From IMG/VR virus record IMGVR_UViG_3300044922_001008: 20,000 nt of DNA; one strand, written 5' to 3'. The translations under genes were made by a program, and so were the position numbers. Under the pieces are notes generated by a model. It did not search any database. It was not told the DNA's origin and saw nothing but the letters and a program-made list of their open reading frames with translations. Of this stretch, positions 8,472-16,114 are shown in pieces. This stretch comes from an uncultured virus (IMG/VR IMGVR_UViG_3300044922_001008). Its lineage: Duplodnaviria > Heunggongvirae > Uroviricota > Caudoviricetes. Position 1 is the stretch's first letter; each line of letters opens with the position of its first letter.

Positions 8472-8723
8472 TCACAAAGATTCATTAATCGCTTTTATAT
8501 ATTTGATGAGTTTTTTTGTATTTTTTTCTGGTGCTATACCTCTATCATCACAATAAACCAAGGCATCTTTCATTGCTTTTTGGTCAATTGTTGGACCGCC
8601 CTTCATTATTCCCTTATTCTTCAATTTATCTGCGAATAAAAATGCATTTATAACATTTGCAAAAATTTGAAGGTCTTCATCATTATATTTCTCAAAACTA
8701 TCAAAGCTAAAATTGGTGAGCAT
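8472..8723 (-). CDS. Hypothetical protein
   Basis: 83-aa ORF with AAGGA SD; fills the gap. Confidence 0.7.
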   Translation of the reverse strand: MLTNFSFDSFEKYNDEDLQIFANVINAFLFADKLKNKGIMKGGPTIDQKAMKDALVYCDDRGIAPEKNTKKLIKYIKAINESL

Positions 8724-8778
8724 TTTTATTCCTTATGTTATATCAATAAATTAACATTATATTTTTCTTTTGTAAACA

Positions 8779-8786
8779 ACTAAATA
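8779..8786 (+). promoter_or_regulatory. ACTAAATA, T4-late-promoter-like (TATAAATA variant)
   Basis: 4 nt upstream of ATG 8791, no SD. Confidence 0.4.
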
Positions 8787-8790
8787 ATAC

Positions 8791-9420
8791 ATGATAAATG
8801 AATCATTTGGCTTTGGACCTTATATTGGTGACTGTAGACCTACAGACAATTATATTGTCGTAGGAGCATGCAGCGATCAAAATACGGCAGCACAAAACGA
8901 AAAGATAAAAAAGGGCGAAGGTATTTCAAGGAAAAAGAAAAAGATCAAGCATTATATCCCATCAGAGTCATTTGTTAATTTTTGCAAAAAAAAAGAACTT
9001 ATAGAACAAGAAGAAATTCAACCAAGCAATCAAGAAGTCAAAAATGAACCAGAAGATACAGATTCAGATATAGATTTGTGGAGAGCAAAAAAGAAAGAAA
9101 TTATTTCATATTGGAGAAAATTGCCCGGAGTTGCCGACAAAAGGGAATTTCCAATCACCGCAGATCCTATTGAATATGACTATCAAGGAAGAACATATGG
9201 CAAGGATGGCGTGAGAATTACAGGTAGCTCTACATTCATTAATTCTGTTTTGCCAAAACTTAAAGATTTTTTGAGTTACGAAAACCCAAATACCAGACTT
9301 AATTTAGTTTATAAAGAGACACCTCCAATTATTGACCAAGATACTGCAGAGAGGAGCTTTTCCTTTTATATACAAGTAAAAGAAAGAGGACCAAAATCAA
9401 AAGGAAAATCACAATCATAA
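8791..9420 (+). CDS. Hypothetical phage protein
   Basis: 209-aa ORF with a basic/acidic linker and a globular C-terminal part (DGVRITGS..FINSVL). Confidence 0.8.
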   Translation: MINESFGFGPYIGDCRPTDNYIVVGACSDQNTAAQNEKIKKGEGISRKKKKIKHYIPSESFVNFCKKKELIEQEEIQPSNQEVKNEPEDTDSDIDLWRAKKKEIISYWRKLPGVADKREFPITADPIEYDYQGRTYGKDGVRITGSSTFINSVLPKLKDFLSYENPNTRLNLVYKETPPIIDQDTAERSFSFYIQVKERGPKSKGKSQS

Positions 9421-9429
9421 AAGGAACCT

Positions 9430-9702
9430 ATGGCAAAAATTAAAGCATCACAAAAGAACAAGCAGCCACAAAAAGCAGACACAAATGTTCAACAGGCAAT
9501 TCTTGATATTGCATCTAACCTCACGAAATCTTTCAAAAAATATTCAAAATCAACTAGAGAAAAAGCATGGAAACGCATCACTAGTCCAGATGGAGAAAAG
9601 CAGATAAAAAAGATACTAGTAAATCCAGAAAGACAACTAAACACATTTCCACAGCTTGCTTTTAAAGAGTGGATGCAAATAGAAAGCAACCAGAACTCCT
9701 AA
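9430..9702 (+). CDS. Hypothetical basic protein
   Basis: 90-aa ORF, AAGGA SD, 9 bp after the upstream stop. Confidence 0.75.
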   Translation: MAKIKASQKNKQPQKADTNVQQAILDIASNLTKSFKKYSKSTREKAWKRITSPDGEKQIKKILVNPERQLNTFPQLAFKEWMQIESNQNS

Positions 9703-9751
9703 GTTATCTATATTACTATTTTTAGTTAACAGTTTATCAAATAATATTTTG

Positions 9752-9760
9752 TGGTATACT
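9752..9760 (+). promoter_or_regulatory. Extended -10 element TGgTATACT
   Basis: About 48 bp upstream of ATG 9808; supports the downstream start. Confidence 0.45.
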
Positions 9761-9807
9761 TCTTCATCCACGCAGCACTTTGCAGCGTTGAACTCAAGGA
9801 GGTCCAC

Positions 9808-10854
9808 ATGATTTATTCTATAGTGTTGGGAATTATTCCCATAGTTTGTGCATCTGACAATGATTTCAAACTAATCAGCAAAGATAAACATGAGATATTA
9901 TCATCTCACATACCAGATAGTAAGGATGGTATTTTAAAAAAAATCAGAAGCGATAAGCGTCTGCTGATATATACTGAAGAAGAAATGCCAAAAGCATATC
10001 AAGATTGGACAAGCAATTTGCCGGGCATTCACTCTCCGAGCTATAACATAAGTGCAGCAAAACCAAGAGAAAGATTTGGAAATCCAAATGTCGAATTTCC
10101 TTGGGGGAATCCAGCTGGAACTGAATTAACCTCAAATGATCAGCTTTCATCTTTTAAATTTCTATTATTACCAAAAGATGAAAGTATTCGGATTTACAAA
10201 AAATATTTGTCTGGTGATAAAAGACCATCTTATGTGTGGGAATATCCAAAAGGATCAATTGTCGGAGAAGTTCTTCAACTATATTATAAAGAAAAATATT
10301 ATACATTTGAAGTTAGACTGCGAAGGAAAGATGATTCGGATTGGAAGGCTAGTGCGTATAGACCATTTTCTAATCTCAAGGATTTTGCAAATTTTTGCAA
10401 ATCGAATGGTCATCAGTTATACTACACCGATAAAAAAATCTCGCAGAACCACAAAATTTTTGAAGGTAATGTGGTTACTACATCCTTAGAAGATATTCCA
10501 GAATCATTAGTGAAAAAAGCTTTGTCCGAGACATTCGTGAATGTTCTTGGGCAAGAATGGTATAATGATGCTCATGCTCCCACTACCGACTCTAACTTTC
10601 ACATTATTCCTAAACATTACCAAGCTGCAACAATCGCAGTAACTACCAATTCTTGTGTTCGATGTCACGAATCAACATTAAAACACGCAAATGACTTCGA
10701 TTCATTCAGAGATTGGTATGGTCGTGTCCGTGGGAGTGATGGTATTTTTAGCTTTCATCCTTTCGATCCAAGCTGCATATCTTACTCAGGAATTTATCAA
10801 GGAGTGGAAATTCGTAAATCTTTACTTGATAATGGAATTGTAAAGATGGATTAA
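9808..10854 (+). CDS. Putative exported monoheme c-type cytochrome-like protein (CxxCH)
   Basis: Strong AAGGAGG SD before ATG 9808; hydrophobic N-terminus MIYSIVLGIIPIVCA; CVRCH at 10654-10668. Confidence 0.6.
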   Translation: MIYSIVLGIIPIVCASDNDFKLISKDKHEILSSHIPDSKDGILKKIRSDKRLLIYTEEEMPKAYQDWTSNLPGIHSPSYNISAAKPRERFGNPNVEFPWGNPAGTELTSNDQLSSFKFLLLPKDESIRIYKKYLSGDKRPSYVWEYPKGSIVGEVLQLYYKEKYYTFEVRLRRKDDSDWKASAYRPFSNLKDFANFCKSNGHQLYYTDKKISQNHKIFEGNVVTTSLEDIPESLVKKALSETFVNVLGQEWYNDAHAPTTDSNFHIIPKHYQAATIAVTTNSCVRCHESTLKHANDFDSFRDWYGRVRGSDGIFSFHPFDPSCISYSGIYQGVEIRKSLLDNGIVKMD

Positions 10855-10864
10855 ATTTGGTTAT

Positions 10865-10900
10865 AATCTCCTCATGCATTTTGTTTGAGGAGATTTTTTT
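10865..10900 (+). terminator. Intrinsic terminator
   Basis: Perfect 10-bp inverted repeat AATCTCCTCA/TGAGGAGATT followed by a T run, just after the stop at 10854. Confidence 0.8.
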
Positions 10901-10917
10901 GATTTGCAAGGTAATCA

Positions 10918-11268
10918 ATGATTGCAATAATCTACAGCAATGGTCAAATAGATTTTTCAGAATTAAGATTTGATTGCAGAGAAAATAAATGGATACCATT
11001 AGCTGCTCTTAAATATAAAGATGGAAGAGTTTCAATACCATGTTTTGAACAATCAGATATTGCAAAACAATTTGCGAGAAGAAATCTTCCAAAGCAATGG
11101 GTTCGTGGAGGAGTTGAACTTGGAGATGACGAACAAGATTTCATAAGAAATAAAGGTTGGAGCATTGAAGTATTTAATTTTCCAAAACTTTTTAAAACTC
11201 ATCCAAATATAGTCTTAGGCTTTGAAGTTTTAGATTTTACAGACAAACCTGCAATGTTATATACATAA
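10918..11268 (+). CDS. Hypothetical protein
   Basis: 116-aa ORF, AAGG SD. Confidence 0.75.
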   Translation: MIAIIYSNGQIDFSELRFDCRENKWIPLAALKYKDGRVSIPCFEQSDIAKQFARRNLPKQWVRGGVELGDDEQDFIRNKGWSIEVFNFPKLFKTHPNIVLGFEVLDFTDKPAMLYT

Positions 11269-11287
11269 ATAGAATAAAGGAGAATTT

Positions 11288-11503
11288 ATGTTACCAGAAA
11301 ATTTTTGGGTTGGTGCTTGTGGTTCTTTATTGTTTGGAGTTGTAGGAATCGTTCTCTTTCTTTTGGGATATTTTGCTTTTGACAAACTAACTCCCAAGCT
11401 TGAAGTGGAAGAAGAACTCGCCAAAGGAAATATGGCAGTTGGAATCGTTGTTGGTGCGCTTCTTGTGTCAATTGCAATTGTTATTTCCAGCGTTCTGCAC
11501 TGA
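11288..11503 (+). CDS. DUF350-family small membrane protein
   Basis: Two TM helices flanking FDKLTP...EELAKGNMAVG; AAGGAG SD. Confidence 0.85.
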   Translation: MLPENFWVGACGSLLFGVVGIVLFLLGYFAFDKLTPKLEVEEELAKGNMAVGIVVGALLVSIAIVISSVLH

Positions 11504-11511
11504 GAATAAAC

Positions 11512-12597
11512 ATGCAACTTACAGAAGAACAAAGATCGACAATAAAAAGCGTTCTTAAAGACTTAAGCAGCGAGCGATTTGTTACTCTTGGAGGTTATGC
11601 TGGAACTGGCAAAACCACTTGCGTAAACACCATCGTCAAAGCTCTCGAAAATAAAAAATATAAATTTGCAGTTTGTGCTTATACTGGAAAAGCTACGAAT
11701 GTGCTTCGCAGAAAAGGCATAGAAGCTGCGACAATTCATAGCACCATATATCGCACTGAAAAGAACTTGGAAACCAATGAAGTTTATTGGACAAGAAAGC
11801 CATGGCATGAATTTAGTCATGATGGTTTCATAATTGACGAAGCATCAATGGTTGGTGAAGATATCCATAAAGATCTTCTATCTTTTGGATTGCCAATTCT
11901 TTATGTGGGAGATCATGGGCAATTAGAGCCAGTTGGCAGTAAATTTAATTTAATGCAAAATCCAAACTACAGACTAGAAAAAATTCATCGCAATGCTGGT
12001 GAAATCGCACACTTTGCAGAGCATTTGAGAAAAGGATTACCAAGTACATCTTTCCAAGGAAAAGAAAAAGTTCAAATCGTAAAAGAATCAGCCATTCAAG
12101 ATCGTCACTTGGCTCAAGTTGATCAAATAATTTGTGCTTTCAATAAGACCAGAATCAATATCAATGAGAGGGTTAGGGCATTTAAAAAAATTCAATTCAC
12201 GCATATCGCTATGGGAGAGAAAATAATTTGTCTAAGAAACAAAAAAGAATTAGGGCTTTTTAATGGAATGCAAGGAGTGGTTACTAAAATATCAAAAAGA
12301 CAAGATTGTTTTAATTTTACATCACAAGATGTAGAATTTGAAAACATAATGTACGATACAAATCAGTGGGGGCAAGAAAAGAATGCCTTCAAATTCGATC
12401 AAAAAGCCAATCCATTTGATTACGCATACGCAATTACATGTCATAAATCTCAAGGAGATGAATTTGACAATGTAATTGTATTTGAACAGAATTGCTCCGA
12501 ATGGGATCATAAAAAGTGGAGCTACACAGCCGCCAGTAGAGCTAAAGAAGTTTTGATTTGGGCTGCTACTCCTAGATTTATTCCTACTTATTTGTAA
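11512..12597 (+). CDS. SF1B DNA helicase (RecD/Dda-like)
   Basis: LTEEQ, GYAGTGKT, ATIHS, IIDEASMV, VGDHGQL, YAYAITCHKSQG and YTAASRA motifs. Confidence 0.93.
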   Translation: MQLTEEQRSTIKSVLKDLSSERFVTLGGYAGTGKTTCVNTIVKALENKKYKFAVCAYTGKATNVLRRKGIEAATIHSTIYRTEKNLETNEVYWTRKPWHEFSHDGFIIDEASMVGEDIHKDLLSFGLPILYVGDHGQLEPVGSKFNLMQNPNYRLEKIHRNAGEIAHFAEHLRKGLPSTSFQGKEKVQIVKESAIQDRHLAQVDQIICAFNKTRININERVRAFKKIQFTHIAMGEKIICLRNKKELGLFNGMQGVVTKISKRQDCFNFTSQDVEFENIMYDTNQWGQEKNAFKFDQKANPFDYAYAITCHKSQGDEFDNVIVFEQNCSEWDHKKWSYTAASRAKEVLIWAATPRFIPTYL

Positions 12598-12626
12598 TTG
12601 ATTTATTTTAAAAAAAATAATACAAT
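12598..12626 (+). promoter_or_regulatory. Putative sigma70 promoter
   Basis: TTGATT-17 bp-TACAAT upstream of the exonuclease gene, which has an AAGGA SD. Confidence 0.6.
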
Positions 12627-12657
12627 CTTAACTGTCACACTTTGAAAGGAAGCAAGC

Positions 12658-13248
12658 ATGCAGTATATTTCGATTGATATTGAAACCACAGGACTGAACC
12701 CGATTGAGCATGATATTATTGAATTTGCAGCGATCATTGATGAAATAGGATCAAATAAACCAATTGAAAAATTGCCAAAATTTCATCGATATATCAAAAA
12801 AGATAGCTCTTACATTTGCGATGCAAAAGCAATTGCCATGCATCCAAAAATATTTGAAAAGTTGGCAGAGAAAGATGAAAGCTGTGTATTCATAGAAGAT
12901 TTGATGTATGCCTTTGGAAATTTTTTACAAAATAATGAAGTATTTCCAAACAAGTATGGACAAATAATCATTAATGTTGCAGGTAAAAACTTTGGAAGTT
13001 TTGATTATCAATTTTTATTGGAAAAAATTCCTAAGGATCATTGGAATAATATATCTTTCAGACAAAGGTTCATAGATCCATCAATACTTTACTTAACAGA
13101 TGACGATATTTTTCTTCCAGATTTAAAGACATGTGTTGACCGAATGAACGAAAAGACTGGTCAAAGTTTTGCGTGGAATCCACACACAGCAATTGATGAT
13201 GCTATGCAAATTGTTCGACTCATGAGACATAAAATTAAATTGTATTAG
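12658..13248 (+). CDS. DEDDh (DnaQ/RNase T-like) 3'-5' exonuclease
   Basis: SIDIETTGL, GKNFGSFD and HTAIDD motifs. Confidence 0.9.
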   Translation: MQYISIDIETTGLNPIEHDIIEFAAIIDEIGSNKPIEKLPKFHRYIKKDSSYICDAKAIAMHPKIFEKLAEKDESCVFIEDLMYAFGNFLQNNEVFPNKYGQIIINVAGKNFGSFDYQFLLEKIPKDHWNNISFRQRFIDPSILYLTDDDIFLPDLKTCVDRMNEKTGQSFAWNPHTAIDDAMQIVRLMRHKIKLY

Positions 13249-13573
13249 ATCCGCATATTCGAAGATTTTCTGCAATTTTAAACCTTTCGTTGTCAATATA
13301 TTTTTGAGCCAATAAATTTGCTTCATATCCTCCAATAAGCTCTTCTTCATTATAAAGTGAATTGAGAGTATCTACATAAATTGGTCTAAATTTACCTTCA
13401 ATATAATTTATTACAACTCTCTTCACAGCAATTTTTTCAATAATTCCTTTCATAGCTTTTGGCTTAAAATATACCACCGATCTTTCTCCCCATTTATAAA
13501 GAACAAATATATCTTTTTCAATTCTTGAACAACCAGCAATATTTATCGATCCAGAACTTAAGTATGAATACAT
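13235..13573 (-). CDS. Hypothetical protein
   Basis: 112-aa ORF with AAGGA SD; convergent 14-bp overlap with the exonuclease. Confidence 0.75.
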   Translation of the reverse strand: MYSYLSSGSINIAGCSRIEKDIFVLYKWGERSVVYFKPKAMKGIIEKIAVKRVVINYIEGKFRPIYVDTLNSLYNEEELIGGYEANLLAQKYIDNERFKIAENLRICGSNTI

Positions 13574-13582
13574 GTTATATCC

Positions 13583-13990
13583 TTATTTTATTCTAGCGTT
13601 TTGATTTAATGAATTTTCGATAGATTTGTCTAAAAGTTTTTGTAAGGAGTTCAATTTATCAATTGGTATTTGATTAACTAAAATTTCACTGTCTCTAAAT
13701 GCTTTTATTGTTTTATTCTTTTTTGCTGTGTAAATTGTTTCTTGATTTGAATAAGCACTTATTCCAGTTACAGTCCAAGGGGTGCCAGACAAATCAAATC
13801 CAATGCTTCCAATATCAAACTTTACAGTTCTAGCGAAATAATTTTCACTAAAACTTGCTATAGCTTTATCACCATAGAGAAATATAGTTCCAGATGCAGC
13901 ATAGGATGGAGTCCTATATATCTGCAAATTTTGCATGATCCACTGAATTAAAGGCATATCACCCCCAAATATATAATCTTTCAAAAACAT
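13583..13990 (-). CDS. Hypothetical protein
   Basis: 135-aa ORF, 9 bp upstream of the next gene. Confidence 0.7.
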   Translation of the reverse strand: MFLKDYIFGGDMPLIQWIMQNLQIYRTPSYAASGTIFLYGDKAIASFSENYFARTVKFDIGSIGFDLSGTPWTVTGISAYSNQETIYTAKKNKTIKAFRDSEILVNQIPIDKLNSLQKLLDKSIENSLNQNARIK

Positions 13991-14069
13991 TTATTACTGT
14001 TTACATGGAAATAATTCATCCGAATGCATAAATTTAAAATTATAAAAAAAATAAACTATGTTTTTTATA

Positions 14070-14261
14070 TCAAATTCTATATTGAATTGTAGAAAAATAG
14101 AAAAAATCAATTAAAAATGCATGAAACTGCATTGTAGAGAAGTGTGAAAAAATATAAATAGTGGCACAAATAATTGCAGATGGTGTAACAATGTTTGTAC
14201 AGATAAATGCACATTCATAGCTGGCGTTTTCACAACAATCCAGAACCTTAATTTTTCTCAT
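14070..14261 (-). CDS. Possible small Cys-rich hydrophobic protein
   Basis: 63-aa ORF starting 13 bp after the GT2 stop and filling the only sizeable gap; no SD. Confidence 0.35.
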   Translation of the reverse strand: MRKIKVLDCCENASYECAFICTNIVTPSAIICATIYIFSHFSTMQFHAFLIDFFYFSTIQYRI

Positions 14262-14274
14262 AATAAATAAAAAT

Positions 14275-15156
14275 TTAACTTGCTGCTATATCAGGAGTAT
14301 CAGTAAGATTAGAAAACTTTTCCAATAGGTCTGGATAAACGGCTAAAGCTTGGTTCTTAGCCGTATTTATTACTGGTTCTGGATGCGTTTTAGAAAAGAA
14401 ATTGATTACTTGTTTTGGGTTTTTACCGATTTCATAAAACGCAATTAAATAATTATAAATTTTATCTTCTAAATATAATCTATATGTAACTGGCTTACTT
14501 CTCAAAAATCTATGCACCCAACCAAGTGCCGAATGACAATAAACCTTACCGCCATTGTTTCTTACTTTTTCATGAATATAACCTTCTTCTCCAGCAAATC
14601 CCATAAAGTTATCACTAAACCTTGGGAAAAATTCTTTTTTCATTAAAAACATAGCCGTTCCATGCATTGGAATTTCAAAAACTTCAGGTATTGGCGATTC
14701 AGTTTGCCATATACCAAAAAAATCACCTCGCCATTTTGGTTCCATATGTGTTGCTATACATGATTTATTTTCATTTAAAAGCGGACCGCACCACATGTCT
14801 TTTTTAATTGAATCTTCGTCTATTCCTTTCAAAATATAATCTATGACACCATTTTGAAGCATAACATGACTATCCAACAACAAAACATATTCACCATCTG
14901 CGTGTTCAAACACAGAATTTTTAGCATGTGCCGGTCCTTTGTTTTTCGGACAATGAATGTATTTGGAATGAGATAAATTAGCTAAATTTTTAAGACCTTC
15001 TATTTCCTTTGGTGTATCATCACATATTAATATTTGGACATCTTTACAGCTTTCTGCTCTTCCTAAATGGTAAAGCCTTAAAGCAGAAGAAGTCCAAAAA
15101 CTTCCCTCAAGATCATCGTGGCAAGCCCATCCAATAGTCAACTTGATTTTAGACAT
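14275..15156 (-). CDS. GT2/GT-A glycosyltransferase with ppGalNAc-T-like motifs
   Basis: ICDD, GPAHAKN, LLLDSHV (DxH), FMGFAGEE and HRFLR..P..Y motifs. Confidence 0.85.
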   Translation of the reverse strand: MSKIKLTIGWACHDDLEGSFWTSSALRLYHLGRAESCKDVQILICDDTPKEIEGLKNLANLSHSKYIHCPKNKGPAHAKNSVFEHADGEYVLLLDSHVMLQNGVIDYILKGIDEDSIKKDMWCGPLLNENKSCIATHMEPKWRGDFFGIWQTESPIPEVFEIPMHGTAMFLMKKEFFPRFSDNFMGFAGEEGYIHEKVRNNGGKVYCHSALGWVHRFLRSKPVTYRLYLEDKIYNYLIAFYEIGKNPKQVINFFSKTHPEPVINTAKNQALAVYPDLLEKFSNLTDTPDIAAS

Positions 15157-15232
15157 ATTTTTATTTCTTTGTTAATTAATCAAACTTTATTGAAAATATA
15201 ATAGAATAATATTGTTATTTCTATATTAACTT

Positions 15233-16114
15233 ATGGAAAAAATAGCACTAATAAGACCGGGAGCCATCGGTGATATTATGATGGCTCTCAATTTTGTTCA
15301 AGAATTAAAAAGCAAAAAAGAAGTGACTTTTTTCTGTAGTTCTGGCATTCATTCGATCTTAAATAGTTTTATTTCAAACAATAACCTCGTAAATTTTCAA
15401 CCATTAGAAAAATACAAAAAAGAAAACTTTGAAAAAACCATCCATCTTATTGGATATCCATTAAACGAAGGATATCCACATAAAAAAATGAGTCGGCATT
15501 TGCTGGAATATTTTGCGAATGAGATGGAAACTAAATTTTCATTTGATCAATTTACATTAACCCTGCCAAAGTTTCCAAAAAAAATAAAGAACAGAAACAC
15601 TCCTCGATATATAACTTTTCAAAATAAGACTGGTTGGTCTGCTTACAAAGAATGGTGGGGATGGCAAGAACTCATAAATCTTATAAAAGAAAAAAAACCA
15701 AATGTCGAAATATATCAAATAGGTGGATCAAATGATCCTAAAATAGAAAACATAGATGGTAGCTTTTGCGGAGATTCCTTCGAAGACAATATAGCAGCAC
15801 AAGCATGGGCAAATACCCACATTGGATTAGATTCAGTCTTCAATCATACAACTAATATAAATTGGCTCAACAAGGGAAAAACAAAAGGCATTATACTTTT
15901 TGGTTCCACACAAGCAGATGCAAGTGGATACCCACACAATGATAACATATCATTAGGATTATCTTGCCAACCATGCTTTAAAGAAGATCCAAAAATCAGC
16001 AGAGTTCCATTAGGATTATGTGACAATCCTCCAAATCAAACTTACGAAAATCCACAACACGCTTGTATGAAAGGCATAACACCAGAAATGGTTTTTGATA
16101 AAATTAAATTATGA
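15233..16114 (+). CDS. GT9 (heptosyltransferase-like, GT-B) glycosyltransferase
   Basis: RPGAIGD, KEW, QIG, IGLDS..NH, LFGST and CQPC...C...CM motifs. Confidence 0.85.
   Translation: MEKIALIRPGAIGDIMMALNFVQELKSKKEVTFFCSSGIHSILNSFISNNNLVNFQPLEKYKKENFEKTIHLIGYPLNEGYPHKKMSRHLLEYFANEMETKFSFDQFTLTLPKFPKKIKNRNTPRYITFQNKTGWSAYKEWWGWQELINLIKEKKPNVEIYQIGGSNDPKIENIDGSFCGDSFEDNIAAQAWANTHIGLDSVFNHTTNINWLNKGKTKGIILFGSTQADASGYPHNDNISLGLSCQPCFKEDPKISRVPLGLCDNPPNQTYENPQHACMKGITPEMVFDKIKL

Noticed and set aside
8152..8556. 134-aa plus-strand ORF with GGAPPPI repeats, and 64-aa VECHLWA ORF (8219-8413)
   Set aside because: Shadow frames of the Pro/Gly repeat (CCN/GGN complementarity). The minus-strand frame has the plausible start motif and upstream element.
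8986..8994. A9 run as a frameshift or phase-variation site
   Set aside because: The ORF is intact, the run is not in the canonical slippery frame, and such runs are common here.
10838..10867. TTGTAA-18-TATAAT promoter candidate
   Set aside because: The -10 overlaps the stem of a clear intrinsic terminator, which explains the region better.
14041..14069. Inverted repeat TATAAAAAA...TTTTTTATA
   Set aside because: All A/T and weak; expected at this base composition.
14153..14160. Exact T4 late promoter TATAAATA on the plus strand
   Set aside because: Followed only by a 19-codon GTG ORF and lies inside a possible minus-strand gene. Likely by chance in AT-rich DNA, though an antisense RNA cannot be excluded.
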